This document shows, piece by piece, positions 7,254 to 15,635 of a stretch of 32,000 nucleotides of DNA. This DNA comes from Micrococcus luteus NCTC 2665. GTDB taxonomy: Bacteria; Actinomycetota; Actinomycetes; Actinomycetales; Micrococcaceae. Made by a program: the position numbers and the translations under genes. Under the pieces are notes generated by a model that did not search any database, was not told the origin of the DNA, and was given only the letters and a program-made list of their open reading frames with translations. The stretch is taken from contig NC_012803.1 in the NCBI RefSeq assembly GCF_000023205.1, forward strand, positions 1,890,001-1,922,000, in the 5' to 3' direction. Positions within the stretch are counted from its first letter, which is position 1; each line of letters starts with the position of its first letter.

Positions 7254-8462
7254 TCAGTCCTCCACGGGACGGGCGGAGGCGACGACGGGCCGGGCCGTGG
7301 CGAGGTCGTACTCCATGACCTGACGGCCGCCGATCCACACGCGCAGGGCCCGCTGCATGACATCGAGCGGGTCGCCGGACCAGAGCACGAGGTCGGCGTC
7401 CTTGCCCACCTCGAGGGAGCCGATGCGGTCGTCCAGCCCCAGCACGCGCGCGGGATGCAGGGTGATGGCGCGCAGGGCGGTCTCCCGGTCCAGGCCCTCC
7501 TTCACCGACAGCGCGGCCTGGTAGACGAGGAAGTCGATGGGCACCACCGGGTGGTCGGTGATGATGCTGATCTCGACGCCGGCCCGTGCCAGACGCCCCG
7601 GGTTGCGCATCGAGCGGCCCCGCAGCTCCGGCTTGGACTTGGTGGTGAACAGCGGGCCGATCAGCACCGGCACGCCGCGGGCCGCGAGCTGGTCGGCCAG
7701 CGGGTGCGCCTCGGTGCCGTGGTCCAGGACGAGGTCGTAGCCGAACTCGTCGGCCAGGCGCAGGGCGGTGGCGACGTCGTCGGTGCGGTGGCAGTGCTGG
7801 CGCCAGGGGATCGTGCGCTCCAGGACGAGGGCGAGGGCGTCGAGGTGGGGGTCGCGGGTGAAGGGCTTGTCCTCGCGCTCGGCCTCCGCGCGGCGGGCCA
7901 TGTAGCCCTGCGCCCGCAGGAACGCCTCGCGGATCACGAGGGCGGTGCCCAGCCGCGTGGACGGGGTGCGGCCCTTCTCCTTGTAGACGTTCTTGGGGTT
8001 CTCGCCGAGGGCGGACTTCACGCCCGAGGGGCTGCGCAGCACCATCTCGTCCACGGTGCGTCCGTGGGTGTGCAACGCGACCGCCTGGCCGCCGATCGGG
8101 TTGCCCGAGCCGGGGTTCACGTTCACGGTGGTCACCCCGCCGGCCAGGGCGTCCTTCCAGCCCGGCTCGTTCGGGTCGACGGCGTCGATCGCCCGCACCC
8201 CGGCCATCACGGGGTCCGTCATCTCGTTGACGTCCGCGGTCGCACCGACCTCGCCCTCGGCGTGCATGCCCAGGTGGACGTGCGCGTCCACGAAGCCGGG
8301 CAGCACCCAGCGTCCCTCGCAGTCCACCACCTCGGCGCCGTCGGGCGCCTCGACGTCGGGGCCGAGCGCGGTGATCCGGCCGTCCTCGACGAGCAGGGTG
8401 CCGTCGAACGGCTCGGCGGCGACGGGGACGACATGGGCGTTGACGAAGGCGGTGAGGGTCAT
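7254..8462 (-). CDS. Metal-dependent amidohydrolase family protein
   Basis: GFVDAHVHLG metal-binding motif, and a C-terminal motif DADLVLWSGDPLD typical of the family. I prefer the start at 8462 (MTLTAFVNAHV) because TAGTGT lies 7 nt upstream. ATG 8468 is an alternative. The track's upstream extension to 8570 is unsupported. Confidence 0.8.
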   Translation of the reverse strand: MTLTAFVNAHVVPVAAEPFDGTLLVEDGRITALGPDVEAPDGAEVVDCEGRWVLPGFVDAHVHLGMHAEGEVGATADVNEMTDPVMAGVRAIDAVDPNEPGWKDALAGGVTTVNVNPGSGNPIGGQAVALHTHGRTVDEMVLRSPSGVKSALGENPKNVYKEKGRTPSTRLGTALVIREAFLRAQGYMARRAEAEREDKPFTRDPHLDALALVLERTIPWRQHCHRTDDVATALRLADEFGYDLVLDHGTEAHPLADQLAARGVPVLIGPLFTTKSKPELRGRSMRNPGRLARAGVEISIITDHPVVPIDFLVYQAALSVKEGLDRETALRAITLHPARVLGLDDRIGSLEVGKDADLVLWSGDPLDVMQRALRVWIGGRQVMEYDLATARPVVASARPVED

Positions 8463-8469
8463 GCCCATC

Positions 8470-8475
8470 ACACTA
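8470..8475 (-). promoter_or_regulatory. Putative -10 box TAGTGT, 7 nt before the ATG at 8462
   Basis: Minus strand reads GCGTAGTGTGATGGGCATG. Confidence 0.35.
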
Positions 8476-8505
8476 CGCCGCCCGGTGCTCCCCACCTCTG
8501 CGCTG

Positions 8506-8558
8506 TGGGGGCGGTTTTGGGCGGTATCCGACGCGAATACCACCCAAAACCGCCCCCA
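8506..8558 (-). terminator. Long hairpin (16 bp + 1 imperfect pair + 5 bp, 9-nt loop) downstream of the transsulfuration pair
   Basis: TGGGGGCGGTTTTGGGCGGTAT-ccgacgcga-ATACCACCCAAAACCGCCCCCA. The imperfect pair is C-A on the plus strand and G-U on the minus-strand RNA. Confidence 0.6.
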
Positions 8559-8583
8559 AACCTCTGGCACGGCTGTCGGCGGG

Positions 8584-9843
8584 TCAGAGGCTGTCCAGAG
8601 CCCGCTCCAGGTCCGCCACGAGGTCCTCGGCGTCTTCGATGCCCACCGACAGGCGCAGGAGGTCGTCCGGGACGGCCAGTTCGGTGCCGGCCACGGAGGC
8701 GTGGGTCATCTCCGCCGGGTAGTTCATCAGCGACTCGATGCCGCCCAGGGACTCGGCGAGCTGGAACAGGCGGGTCGACTCGGCCACGCGGCGGGCCGCC
8801 GCGGCACCACCGGCCAGGCGCAGCGAGACCATGCCGCCGAAACCGCGCATCTGACGCTGCGCAAGCGCATGCCCGGGGTGGTCCGGCAGCCCCGGGTAGA
8901 GCACCTGGGAGACCTCGGCGCGGCCGGTGAGCCACTCGGCGACGGCCTGGGCGTTGGCCTGGTGGCGGTCCATGCGCACGCCGAGCGTCTTGAGACCGCG
9001 CGTGGTCAGGTATGCGTCCAGGGGCCCGTTCACGGCCCCCGCCGCGAACTGCTGGAACTTCACCTGCTCGGCGAGGGCGGCGTCCGGGATCACGAGCGCC
9101 CCGCCGATCACGTCCGAGTGGCCGCCGATGTACTTCGTGGTGGAGTGCACCACCACGTCCGCGCCGAGGGCGATCGGGGACTGCAGGTACGGCGTCGCGA
9201 AGGTGTTGTCCACCACGAGCAGGGCGCCGTGTGCGTGGGCCGCCTCGGCGACCGCGGCGACGTCGGAGATCTTCATCATCGGGTTGGACGGGGTCTCCAG
9301 CCACACCATGACCGGCCCCGCGGCGGCGGCGCGCTCGACGGCGGCGGCGACCTGCTCGGCGTCCCCCATGTCCACGACGACGTGCTCCACACCCCACGGG
9401 GCGAGCACGCGGGAGATGAGGCGGTAGGAGCCGCCGTACACGTCGTTGCCGAGCACGATCGTCATGCCCGGCCGGCCCGCGCCCATGATCAGCGCGGTCT
9501 CCGCGGCCAGGCCGGAGGCGAACGTGAGGCCGGTGGCCCGGGGGGCGCCGGACTCGTCGACGCCGGCTTCGAGCGCGGCCAGCTGCTCCTGCAGCGCGTC
9601 CCGGGTGGGGTTGGTGCCGCGACCGTAGTCGTAGCCGCGCCGCAGCTCTCCGACGGCCGTGGGCGCGTACGTGCTCGAGAGGTGGATCGGCGGGACGACG
9701 GCGCCGAACACCTCATCCAGGTGCTGGCCCGCGTGCACGGCGCGCGTGCCGAAGCCTCCCCCCCGGGGGTGGGCGGTGGCGTCGTCGGCGCCGGTGTCGG
9801 GGGTGGTGGCGTGCGGGTCCTCGTGGACGTTCTGCTCGGTCAT
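8584..9843 (-). CDS. Cys/Met-metabolism PLP enzyme: cystathionine gamma-lyase or gamma-synthase
   Basis: STTKYIGGHSD (PLP-lysine motif) and YGRGTNPTRDALE-type motif. GAGGAGG lies upstream of the ATG at 9843. It sits 61 nt downstream of cbs on the same strand. Confidence 0.85.
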   Translation of the reverse strand: MTEQNVHEDPHATTPDTGADDATAHPRGGGFGTRAVHAGQHLDEVFGAVVPPIHLSSTYAPTAVGELRRGYDYGRGTNPTRDALQEQLAALEAGVDESGAPRATGLTFASGLAAETALIMGAGRPGMTIVLGNDVYGGSYRLISRVLAPWGVEHVVVDMGDAEQVAAAVERAAAAGPVMVWLETPSNPMMKISDVAAVAEAAHAHGALLVVDNTFATPYLQSPIALGADVVVHSTTKYIGGHSDVIGGALVIPDAALAEQVKFQQFAAGAVNGPLDAYLTTRGLKTLGVRMDRHQANAQAVAEWLTGRAEVSQVLYPGLPDHPGHALAQRQMRGFGGMVSLRLAGGAAAARRVAESTRLFQLAESLGGIESLMNYPAEMTHASVAGTELAVPDDLLRLSVGIEDAEDLVADLERALDSL

Positions 9844-9904
9844 CTCGGGAGCCTCCTCGGAGAGATCGGGTCGGGTGGGGCGGGTGCGGCCGGTGCGGCC
9901 GGCC

Positions 9905-11509
9905 TCAGGCGGTGACGTGGGCGAGGACGTCGTGCAGGGTGACGACGCCCTGGACGCGGCCGGCCTCGAGCACCAGCAGCACGGGGTCCTGGGCGAGGCG
10001 CCGGGCGACGGCGCGCAGCGGGGTGCGCGCTCCCAGGCAGGGCAGCACGGGGCCCATGACGTCGGCCACGGGGGTCTGCACGGTGGCCCGCCCCGCGGCG
10101 AGTGCGTTCGCGAGCGCGGCCGCGGAGACGGTGCCGCGGACCTCGCCGATCCGCAGGTCGTGCCGGGGCTCGAGGACCACGGGCAGGGCGTCGACGCCGT
10201 ACCGGTTCATGGTCGCCACGGCGTCCGCCACCGAGGTGGTCGGGGCCGCGGTGACGAGGGTGGGCACGGAGCCGGGGAACAGGTCGGCCTTCTCGGCCAG
10301 CAGCTCCCCCGCCGTCGCGGACCAGCGGTCGTCATCGGTGGGGGCGCCCGCGCGGGTCGCCGGCTCGGCGTCGGCGTGCTCGAGCGCCTCGACGGGCGTG
10401 TCGGCCCCGCCGGCGGCCCCCGTGGCGCCGTCGTCGTCCGTCTGCGGGACCGCCGAGCGGGTGCGTCCGCGCGCCCACGCCGGCAGCACGGTCTCGCGGA
10501 CGTCGTAGTCGAAGCCGCGCTCGTCCATCCACGGGTCGTTGAAGATCTTGGCGAGGTAGCCGCGGCCCGAGTCGGGCAGCACGATCACCATGACGTCCTC
10601 CGGGCCGAGCTCGCGCGCGGCGCGCAGGCCGGCGACGACGGCCAGGCCGGAGGAGCCGCCCACGAGCAGGCCCTCCTCGGCGGCGAGGCGCCGGGTCATG
10701 GCCAGGGCGTCGGCGTCCTCGACGGCGATGACCTCGTCCGGGACCGCGGGGTCGTAGTTGTCCACCCACATGTCCTCGCCGACGCCCTCGACGAAGTAGG
10801 GCCGGCCGGCGCCGCCGGAGTACACCGAGCCGCTGGGGTCCGCGCCGATCACGCGGACGGGACCGGACGGGCGGTCCGCCGAGACCTCCTTGAGGTAGCG
10901 GCCGGTGCCCGTGATGGTGCCGCCGGTGCCGGCGCCCATCACGACGTGGGTGACGCGGCCGGCCGTGTCCTCCCAGATCTCGGGGCCGGTGGTCTCGTAG
11001 TGGGAGGCCGGGGCGGCGGGGTTGAAGAACTGGTTGGGCTGATAGGCCCCGGGGATCTCCCGCACGAGGCGGTCGGCGACCCCGTAGTAGGACTCCTCGG
11101 ACGTCGGGTCCACGGCGGTGGGCGTGACGACGAGCTCGGCGCCGTACGCGCTGAGCACGTCCCGCTTCTCCTGACCCACCTTGTCCGGGGTGACGAACAC
11201 GGTGCGGTAGCCCTTGAGCTGCGAGACCAGGGCCAGCCCCACGCCCGTGTTGCCCGAGGTGGGCTCCACGACGGTGCCGCCCGGGCCGAGCATGCCCTCG
11301 CGCTCGGCCTCCTCGATCATCTTCAGCGCGATGCGGTCCTTCACGGAGCCGCCGGGGTTCAGGTACTCGACCTTCACCAGCACGGTGGCCTCGATGCCCT
11401 CCGTCACGGAGTGCAGCTTCACGAGCGGGGTGTGCCCGATCAGCTCGAGGACGTTCTCGGCGTACTGCATGGGCTGCGCAGGGGTGGGCGCGGGGGTCTG
11501 TTCAGTCAC
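9905..11509 (-). CDS. cbs: Cystathionine beta-synthase (PLP domain plus C-terminal CBS-domain pair)
   Basis: LNPGGSVKDR (PLP Lys) and SGNTG are present, followed by a tandem CBS region. Start is either the GTG at 11509 (TAGCGT box 7 nt upstream) or the ATG at 11470 (MQYAENVLELIGHTPLV). The track extension to 13075 is an artefact. Confidence 0.88.
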   Translation of the reverse strand: MTEQTPAPTPAQPMQYAENVLELIGHTPLVKLHSVTEGIEATVLVKVEYLNPGGSVKDRIALKMIEEAEREGMLGPGGTVVEPTSGNTGVGLALVSQLKGYRTVFVTPDKVGQEKRDVLSAYGAELVVTPTAVDPTSEESYYGVADRLVREIPGAYQPNQFFNPAAPASHYETTGPEIWEDTAGRVTHVVMGAGTGGTITGTGRYLKEVSADRPSGPVRVIGADPSGSVYSGGAGRPYFVEGVGEDMWVDNYDPAVPDEVIAVEDADALAMTRRLAAEEGLLVGGSSGLAVVAGLRAARELGPEDVMVIVLPDSGRGYLAKIFNDPWMDERGFDYDVRETVLPAWARGRTRSAVPQTDDDGATGAAGGADTPVEALEHADAEPATRAGAPTDDDRWSATAGELLAEKADLFPGSVPTLVTAAPTTSVADAVATMNRYGVDALPVVLEPRHDLRIGEVRGTVSAAALANALAAGRATVQTPVADVMGPVLPCLGARTPLRAVARRLAQDPVLLVLEAGRVQGVVTLHDVLAHVTA

Positions 11510-11632
11510 GCACCCCACGCTACGCCAGGGGCCGGACGCTGGAGGAGGGCTCCGGACACGCGGGGCAACGCCCGGCGTGCGCGCCGTCACGGCCGACGTC
11601 GTCCTGTCCGGGCCCGGGTGTACGGTGCGGGC
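11510..11632. promoter_or_regulatory. Compact 123-bp divergent control region with a -10-like box abutting each start codon
   Basis: TAGCGT (11517-11522, minus) lies 7 nt before GTG 11509. TACGGT (11621-11626, plus) lies 6 nt before ATG 11633. Confidence 0.4.
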
Positions 11633-12661
11633 ATGACCGCCCCGGACGCCGTGCGCCGCGTGCGCGTGTCCGTCCCCGTGGACGTCGCGCTCACCCTGCG
11701 CCCCCTGCAGCGCGGCGCGGCCGACCCCACGGTCCGCGCCACACCGCAGGGCGTCTGGCTCACTCTGCGCTCCCCCGCCCCGGACGCGGCGTCGGGCGCG
11801 CCGGGCCGGCCGACGTCGTTGCTGGTCTCCGGCGCCCGGGAGGCCGCAGGGGGCGGCACCGCGGTGACGGCCCGCGCGTGGGGCGCGGGCGCGAGCGCCG
11901 CCGTCGCCGGAGTGGAACGCCTGCTCGGCCTGCACGACGACGGCTGGGGCGCCTTCGACGCCCTGTTGCGGCCGGACTCCGGCGCGCCCGCGCTGCCGCG
12001 GCACGTGCGCGAGGCGCGGCGGACGCGGGCCGGGCTGCGGCTGCCGGCGGCGGGCGCGCTGTCCCGGCAGCTGCTCACCGTGGTGCTCGAGCAGAAGGTC
12101 ACCCACGACCAGGCGCGGCACGGCTGGCGCACCCTCGTGCGGCTGGCCGCCCGGATCGACGGCGACGGGCCCGCCCCCGGCCCCGTGCCGGTCGGGATGC
12201 TGCCGCCGCCGACCCCGGCCGCCGTCCTGCGGATCCCCTCGTGGGACTGGCATGCGCGCGCCTGGGTGCAGCCCTCCCAGTCGCGGACCGTGCTGGAGGT
12301 CGCCCGGCGGGCCGCGAGCATCGACCGGCTCGGGGAGGCCGTCGCTCCCGGGGACACGGCCGGGGTGGCCGCGCTGGCCCGGCGCCTGGAGTCGGTGCCC
12401 GGGATCGGGCCGTGGACCACGGCCGAGGCGCTGCAGCGCAGCCACGGGGCGGCGGACCTCGTCTCCGTGGGCGACTACCACCTGGCGCAGTTCGTGGGGC
12501 AGGTCCTCACGGGACGCCGGACCGACGACGCCGGGATGCTCCGCCTGCTCGCGCCGTGGGCCGGGCACCGGCAGCGGGTCGTGCGGATGATCGGGCTCTC
12601 CGGAGAGCGCAAGCAGGCGTTCGGGCCCAAGCTCGCCCCGGCCGACCACCGCGCCCACTGA
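11633..12661 (+). CDS. HhH-GPD DNA glycosylase, DNA-3-methyladenine glycosylase II (AlkA)-like
   Basis: VPGIGPWTTAEAL helix-hairpin-helix motif followed by VSVGDYHL (catalytic Asp position). Only the last 342 codons of the 1000-aa track ORF are credible. Confidence 0.75.
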   Translation: MTAPDAVRRVRVSVPVDVALTLRPLQRGAADPTVRATPQGVWLTLRSPAPDAASGAPGRPTSLLVSGAREAAGGGTAVTARAWGAGASAAVAGVERLLGLHDDGWGAFDALLRPDSGAPALPRHVREARRTRAGLRLPAAGALSRQLLTVVLEQKVTHDQARHGWRTLVRLAARIDGDGPAPGPVPVGMLPPPTPAAVLRIPSWDWHARAWVQPSQSRTVLEVARRAASIDRLGEAVAPGDTAGVAALARRLESVPGIGPWTTAEALQRSHGAADLVSVGDYHLAQFVGQVLTGRRTDDAGMLRLLAPWAGHRQRVVRMIGLSGERKQAFGPKLAPADHRAH

Positions 12662-12866
12662 CGCGACATCGGGTCGGCCGGGGCCGTGCCGGCGCATCCG
12701 GGCGGCCCCTCCGCTCCTGCACAGGCCGCTGCTCCCGGCGTGTCCTCCCCAGCCCCGGCCGGGTCCGACCGGCCGCCCGCCCCGCGTTCCTAGCGTGGGC
12801 GATGCCGCCCCGACCGGCGCGGCGCCACCGGGACCCTGATGAGTCCCCACCCGGGAGGAGACCGCC

Positions 12867-13331
12867 ATGACCACCGCCTTCGAGCCCCGCCCGCACACCG
12901 CCGCCGCCCCGCGCGAGCCCGACCCGCACGGCCCCGGCACGCCCGGCTCCCTGCGTCCGGGCGCGCGCGGCTCCGTGCTCATCGTGACCCGCCATCCCGA
13001 CCCGGACGAGGCCATGAGGCACGCGATGGCCTGGATCACCGCCTTCGAGGAGGACTGCGGCCTCGTGCTGGACACGGACGAGACCGCGCTCTACGCCGTC
13101 GGCCGGGCGGGCGACCTGGGCGAGGCCCTGCGTCGCGGCCCCCTGGTCCATGAGGACGGCAGCCCCGCCGACACCTCCGCGTTCGTGGACGCGGTGCTCA
13201 CGGACGGCACGTGGCGCCTGCGCGACGCCGACCCGCGGGCGTGGTCGACCACGTACCGTGCCGCCATCCTGGGCGCCGCCCCCGAGGCGGTCTGCACCAT
13301 CTGGGACGTGTTCCCGCTGCCCGCCGCCTGA
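12867..13331 (+). CDS. Hypothetical protein (154 aa), no recognisable domain
   Basis: GGGAGGAG Shine-Dalgarno 5-6 nt upstream of the ATG, and strong GC3 bias. Confidence 0.6.
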   Translation: MTTAFEPRPHTAAAPREPDPHGPGTPGSLRPGARGSVLIVTRHPDPDEAMRHAMAWITAFEEDCGLVLDTDETALYAVGRAGDLGEALRRGPLVHEDGSPADTSAFVDAVLTDGTWRLRDADPRAWSTTYRAAILGAAPEAVCTIWDVFPLPAA

Positions 13332-13346
13332 GGGTGACGGCCGCCG

Positions 13347-15125
13347 TCAGCCCACGCTCTGGGCCTGGGCCTGGGCCTGGGCCTGGGCCTGGGCCTGGGC
13401 CTGGACGACCCTCGCGCCCTCCTCGCGCAGCTCGACCTTGCGGACCTTGCCGGAGACGGTCATGGGGAAGGCGTCGAGCACGCGGACGTGGGCCGGGATC
13501 TTGAAGTGCGCGATCCGGCCCGCGGCGAACTCGCGGACGGCGTCCACCGTGAGCGGCTCGATGCCGTCCTTCATGATCACGCAGGCCATGAGCTGCTCGC
13601 CGTACTTCTCGTCCGGCACGCCCACCACCTGGACGTCCTGGATGTCCGGGTGGGTGTAGAGGAACTCCTCCACCTCGCGCGGGGAGATGTTCTCGCCGCC
13701 GCGGATCACGAGGTCCTTGATGCGGCCCTCGATGCGCACGGAGCCGTCCTCGTCCATGGAGGCGAGGTCGCCGGAGTGCATCCAGCCGTCGGCGTCCAGC
13801 ACCTCGGCGGTCTTCTCGGGGGCGTCCCAGTAGCCGAGCATCACGGAGTAGCCCCGGGTGCACAGCTCGCCCGTGGCCCCGCGCGGGACGACGTCACCGG
13901 TGGCGGGGTCCACGATCTTCGTCTCCACGTGGGGCATGGTCCGGCCGACGGTCTGGGTGCGCACCTCCAGGGAGTCGTCGCGGCGGGTCATGGTGGACAC
14001 GGGCGCGGTCTCCGTCATGCCGTAGCAGATGGCGACCTCGGACATGTGGAACCGGTCGATGACCTTCTTCATCACCTCGACGGGGCACGTGGAGCCGGCC
14101 ATCACGCCGGTGCGCAGCGTGGACAGGTCCAACGCGTCCGCCTCAGGCCGGGCGAGCATGGCGATGAACATCACCGGCACGCCGTACAGGCTCGTCGCAC
14201 CGGTGGCGGCCACCGCCCGCAGCGCCGAGACCGGCTCGAAGCTGCGCGCCGGGATGACGGCGAGCGAGCCGTGCGAGACGGTGGCGATCACGCCGATCAC
14301 CATGCCGAAGCAGTGGAAGAACGGCACCGGGATCACCACGGTGTCCTCCTCCGTGTAGCCCAGCAGCTCGCCGATGTGGAAGCCGTTGTTCAGCACGTTG
14401 CGGTGCGTCAGCGTGACGCCCTTGGGGAAGCCGGTGGTGCCCGAGGTGTACTGCAGGTTCACGGGGTCCGCCGGCCCGGTGGCGGCCTCGCGCACGGCCA
14501 GGTCCTCGTCCGAGACCCGCGCGGCCCCGGCCAGGAAGTCGGCCCACGTGCCCTCGGCCACGGGATCGGCGGCGTGTCGGCCGGCCACGTCGCCGGCCTG
14601 CACGTGCGCGTAGGCGTCCTCGCCGCTCCCGGCCGGCAGCATGATCAGCTGCCGCAGGTGCGGCGCCGACTCACGGGCCACGGCGCGTGCGGTGGCGGGC
14701 GGGTCCATGCGTGCGTCCGCGCAGGCCACCACCAGCCCGCGCATGTCGCACTGCTCGACCACGTAGGTCAGCTCGTGGGCGCGGTACGCCGGGTTGAGGT
14801 TCACGAGGATGACGCCGGCGCGTGCCGCGCCGTAGAGCAGCGAGACCCACTCGGCGACGTTGGGGCTCCACATACCGATCCGGTCCCCCGCCTCGTAGCC
14901 CGCGGCCATGAGCGCCTTGGCCACCGTCACGGACTCCTCACGCAGCTGCCCGTAGGTCCAGGTGCGGCCGGTGGCCGGGTCCCCGTCCGGTCCACACTCC
15001 AGGAGCGCGGCGCGGTCGGCGAAGAGGCGGGCGGTGTCGTCGAGGTTCTGGGCCAGGGTCTGCTCGAGCAGCTCGACGTCGGTCGGTCCCTGGGTGAAGG
15101 ACTCGGGGGCGGTGGACTCGGTCAT
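13347..15125 (-). CDS. AMP-dependent acyl-CoA synthetase/ligase (FadD-like) with an (AQ)n C-terminal tail
   Basis: YTSGTTGFPKGV AMP-binding motif, GWMHSGDLA, and RIKDLVIRGGENISPREVEE. GAGGAG lies upstream of the ATG at 15125. Confidence 0.88.
   Translation of the reverse strand: MTESTAPESFTQGPTDVELLEQTLAQNLDDTARLFADRAALLECGPDGDPATGRTWTYGQLREESVTVAKALMAAGYEAGDRIGMWSPNVAEWVSLLYGAARAGVILVNLNPAYRAHELTYVVEQCDMRGLVVACADARMDPPATARAVARESAPHLRQLIMLPAGSGEDAYAHVQAGDVAGRHAADPVAEGTWADFLAGAARVSDEDLAVREAATGPADPVNLQYTSGTTGFPKGVTLTHRNVLNNGFHIGELLGYTEEDTVVIPVPFFHCFGMVIGVIATVSHGSLAVIPARSFEPVSALRAVAATGATSLYGVPVMFIAMLARPEADALDLSTLRTGVMAGSTCPVEVMKKVIDRFHMSEVAICYGMTETAPVSTMTRRDDSLEVRTQTVGRTMPHVETKIVDPATGDVVPRGATGELCTRGYSVMLGYWDAPEKTAEVLDADGWMHSGDLASMDEDGSVRIEGRIKDLVIRGGENISPREVEEFLYTHPDIQDVQVVGVPDEKYGEQLMACVIMKDGIEPLTVDAVREFAAGRIAHFKIPAHVRVLDAFPMTVSGKVRKVELREEGARVVQAQAQAQAQAQAQAQSVG
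13359..13404 (-). repeat. Perfect hexanucleotide microsatellite (CTGGGC)x7 plus a partial unit, inside the last codons of the acyl-CoA synthetase gene
   Basis: Read directly from the sequence. It encodes QAQAQAQAQAQAQAQ immediately before SVG-stop. Confidence 0.95.
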
Positions 15126-15151
15126 CGGGCGCTCCTCGCGGACGGTCGGGC

Positions 15152-15167
15152 GACGCCGTACGGCGTC
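15152..15167. promoter_or_regulatory. Perfect 16-bp palindrome GACGCCGTACGGCGTC in the acyl-CoA synthetase leader (operator or leader hairpin candidate)
   Basis: It ends 27 nt upstream of the ATG at 15125. A TAGCCT -10 candidate lies at 15231-15236 on the minus strand. Confidence 0.3.
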
Positions 15168-15304
15168 ACGATGCAGGGCCGTGCCGCCGCCGGACCGCAG
15201 AGGGCATCGGATGTGACACGGACCACAGGCAGGCTACGTCGCCTGGCGGGAGGCCGCCACCTCCCGGGGCGGGGACGCGGGGTGTGCCACGGCCCCGGAC
15301 GGCA

Positions 15305-15338
15305 GAAGACCCCGGGACCGTGTGGTCCCGGGGTCTTC
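15305..15338 (-). terminator. Intrinsic-terminator-like hairpin just downstream of tRNA-Tyr
   Basis: Minus-strand RNA reads GAAGACCCCGGGACC-acac-GGTCCCGGGGTCTTC followed by TGCC. The 15-bp stem is perfect. Confidence 0.6.
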
Positions 15339-15345
15339 GTTCCGG

Positions 15346-15427
15346 TGGCAGATACTGGATTCGAACCAGTGAAGGCAGTGCCAGCTGATTTACAGTCAGC
15401 CCCCTTTGGCCGCTCGGGAAATCTGCC
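15346..15427 (-). tRNA. tRNA-Tyr (GTA), class II with a long variable arm
   Basis: Hand-folded: GGCAGAT/ATCTGCC acceptor, anticodon arm GCTGA-CTGTAAA-TCAGC, 13-nt variable arm, T arm ACTGG-TTCGAAT-CCAGT. Confidence 0.92.
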
Positions 15428-15635
15428 GTGCCACCCGGCGGCTGCCGGGCGTCTCGAGGACGACCGCACCGGTCGGGCGAGAGTCGACTGTACAGCATCC
15501 CCGCGCCACACCGCCAATCGACCCGGGACCGCGTCCGTCGTCCCCGGTAGGCTGGCCCGCAGAGCGCCCGCGCGGCCCGTGAGTGGCCGTCGTCGACGGG
15601 CGCACCCCGTCCGCAGACCCTGAAGGAGTGCACCC

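Noticed and set aside
11510-11632. A SAM or other sulfur-metabolite riboswitch upstream of cbs.
   Set aside because: The whole divergent spacer is 123 bp, and the -10 box abuts the start codon. That leaves no room for an aptamer, and no riboswitch-like conserved helices are seen.
9659-13075. Giant ORFs of 1000 aa (plus strand) and 1056 aa (minus strand).
   Set aside because: Only the C-terminal 342 codons (glycosylase) and 521-534 codons (cbs) carry domain motifs and promoter or start signals. The N-terminal extensions each run antisense through the neighbouring gene.
13359-13404. Whether the hexamer tract, or the repeats at 4140-4340 and 26077-26146, could be a CRISPR array.
   Set aside because: The units are 6-39 nt, contiguous, without unique spacers, and in frame inside coding sequence. 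No cas genes are present.
15305-15427. tRNA-Tyr, or the tRNA-Thr/tRNA-Met pair, as an integration site for a genomic island.
   Set aside because: There is no integrase, no duplicated tRNA 3' segment, and no compositional shift in the flanking DNA. The neighbouring genes are ordinary metabolic genes.
13488-15623. A 711-aa plus-strand ORF, together with similar long ORFs at 7455-8930, 7993-9915, 17678-19471 and 19335-20756.
   Set aside because: All lie antisense to, or are frame-shifted over, genes with strong motif support. Their GC3 pattern favours the annotated frames.
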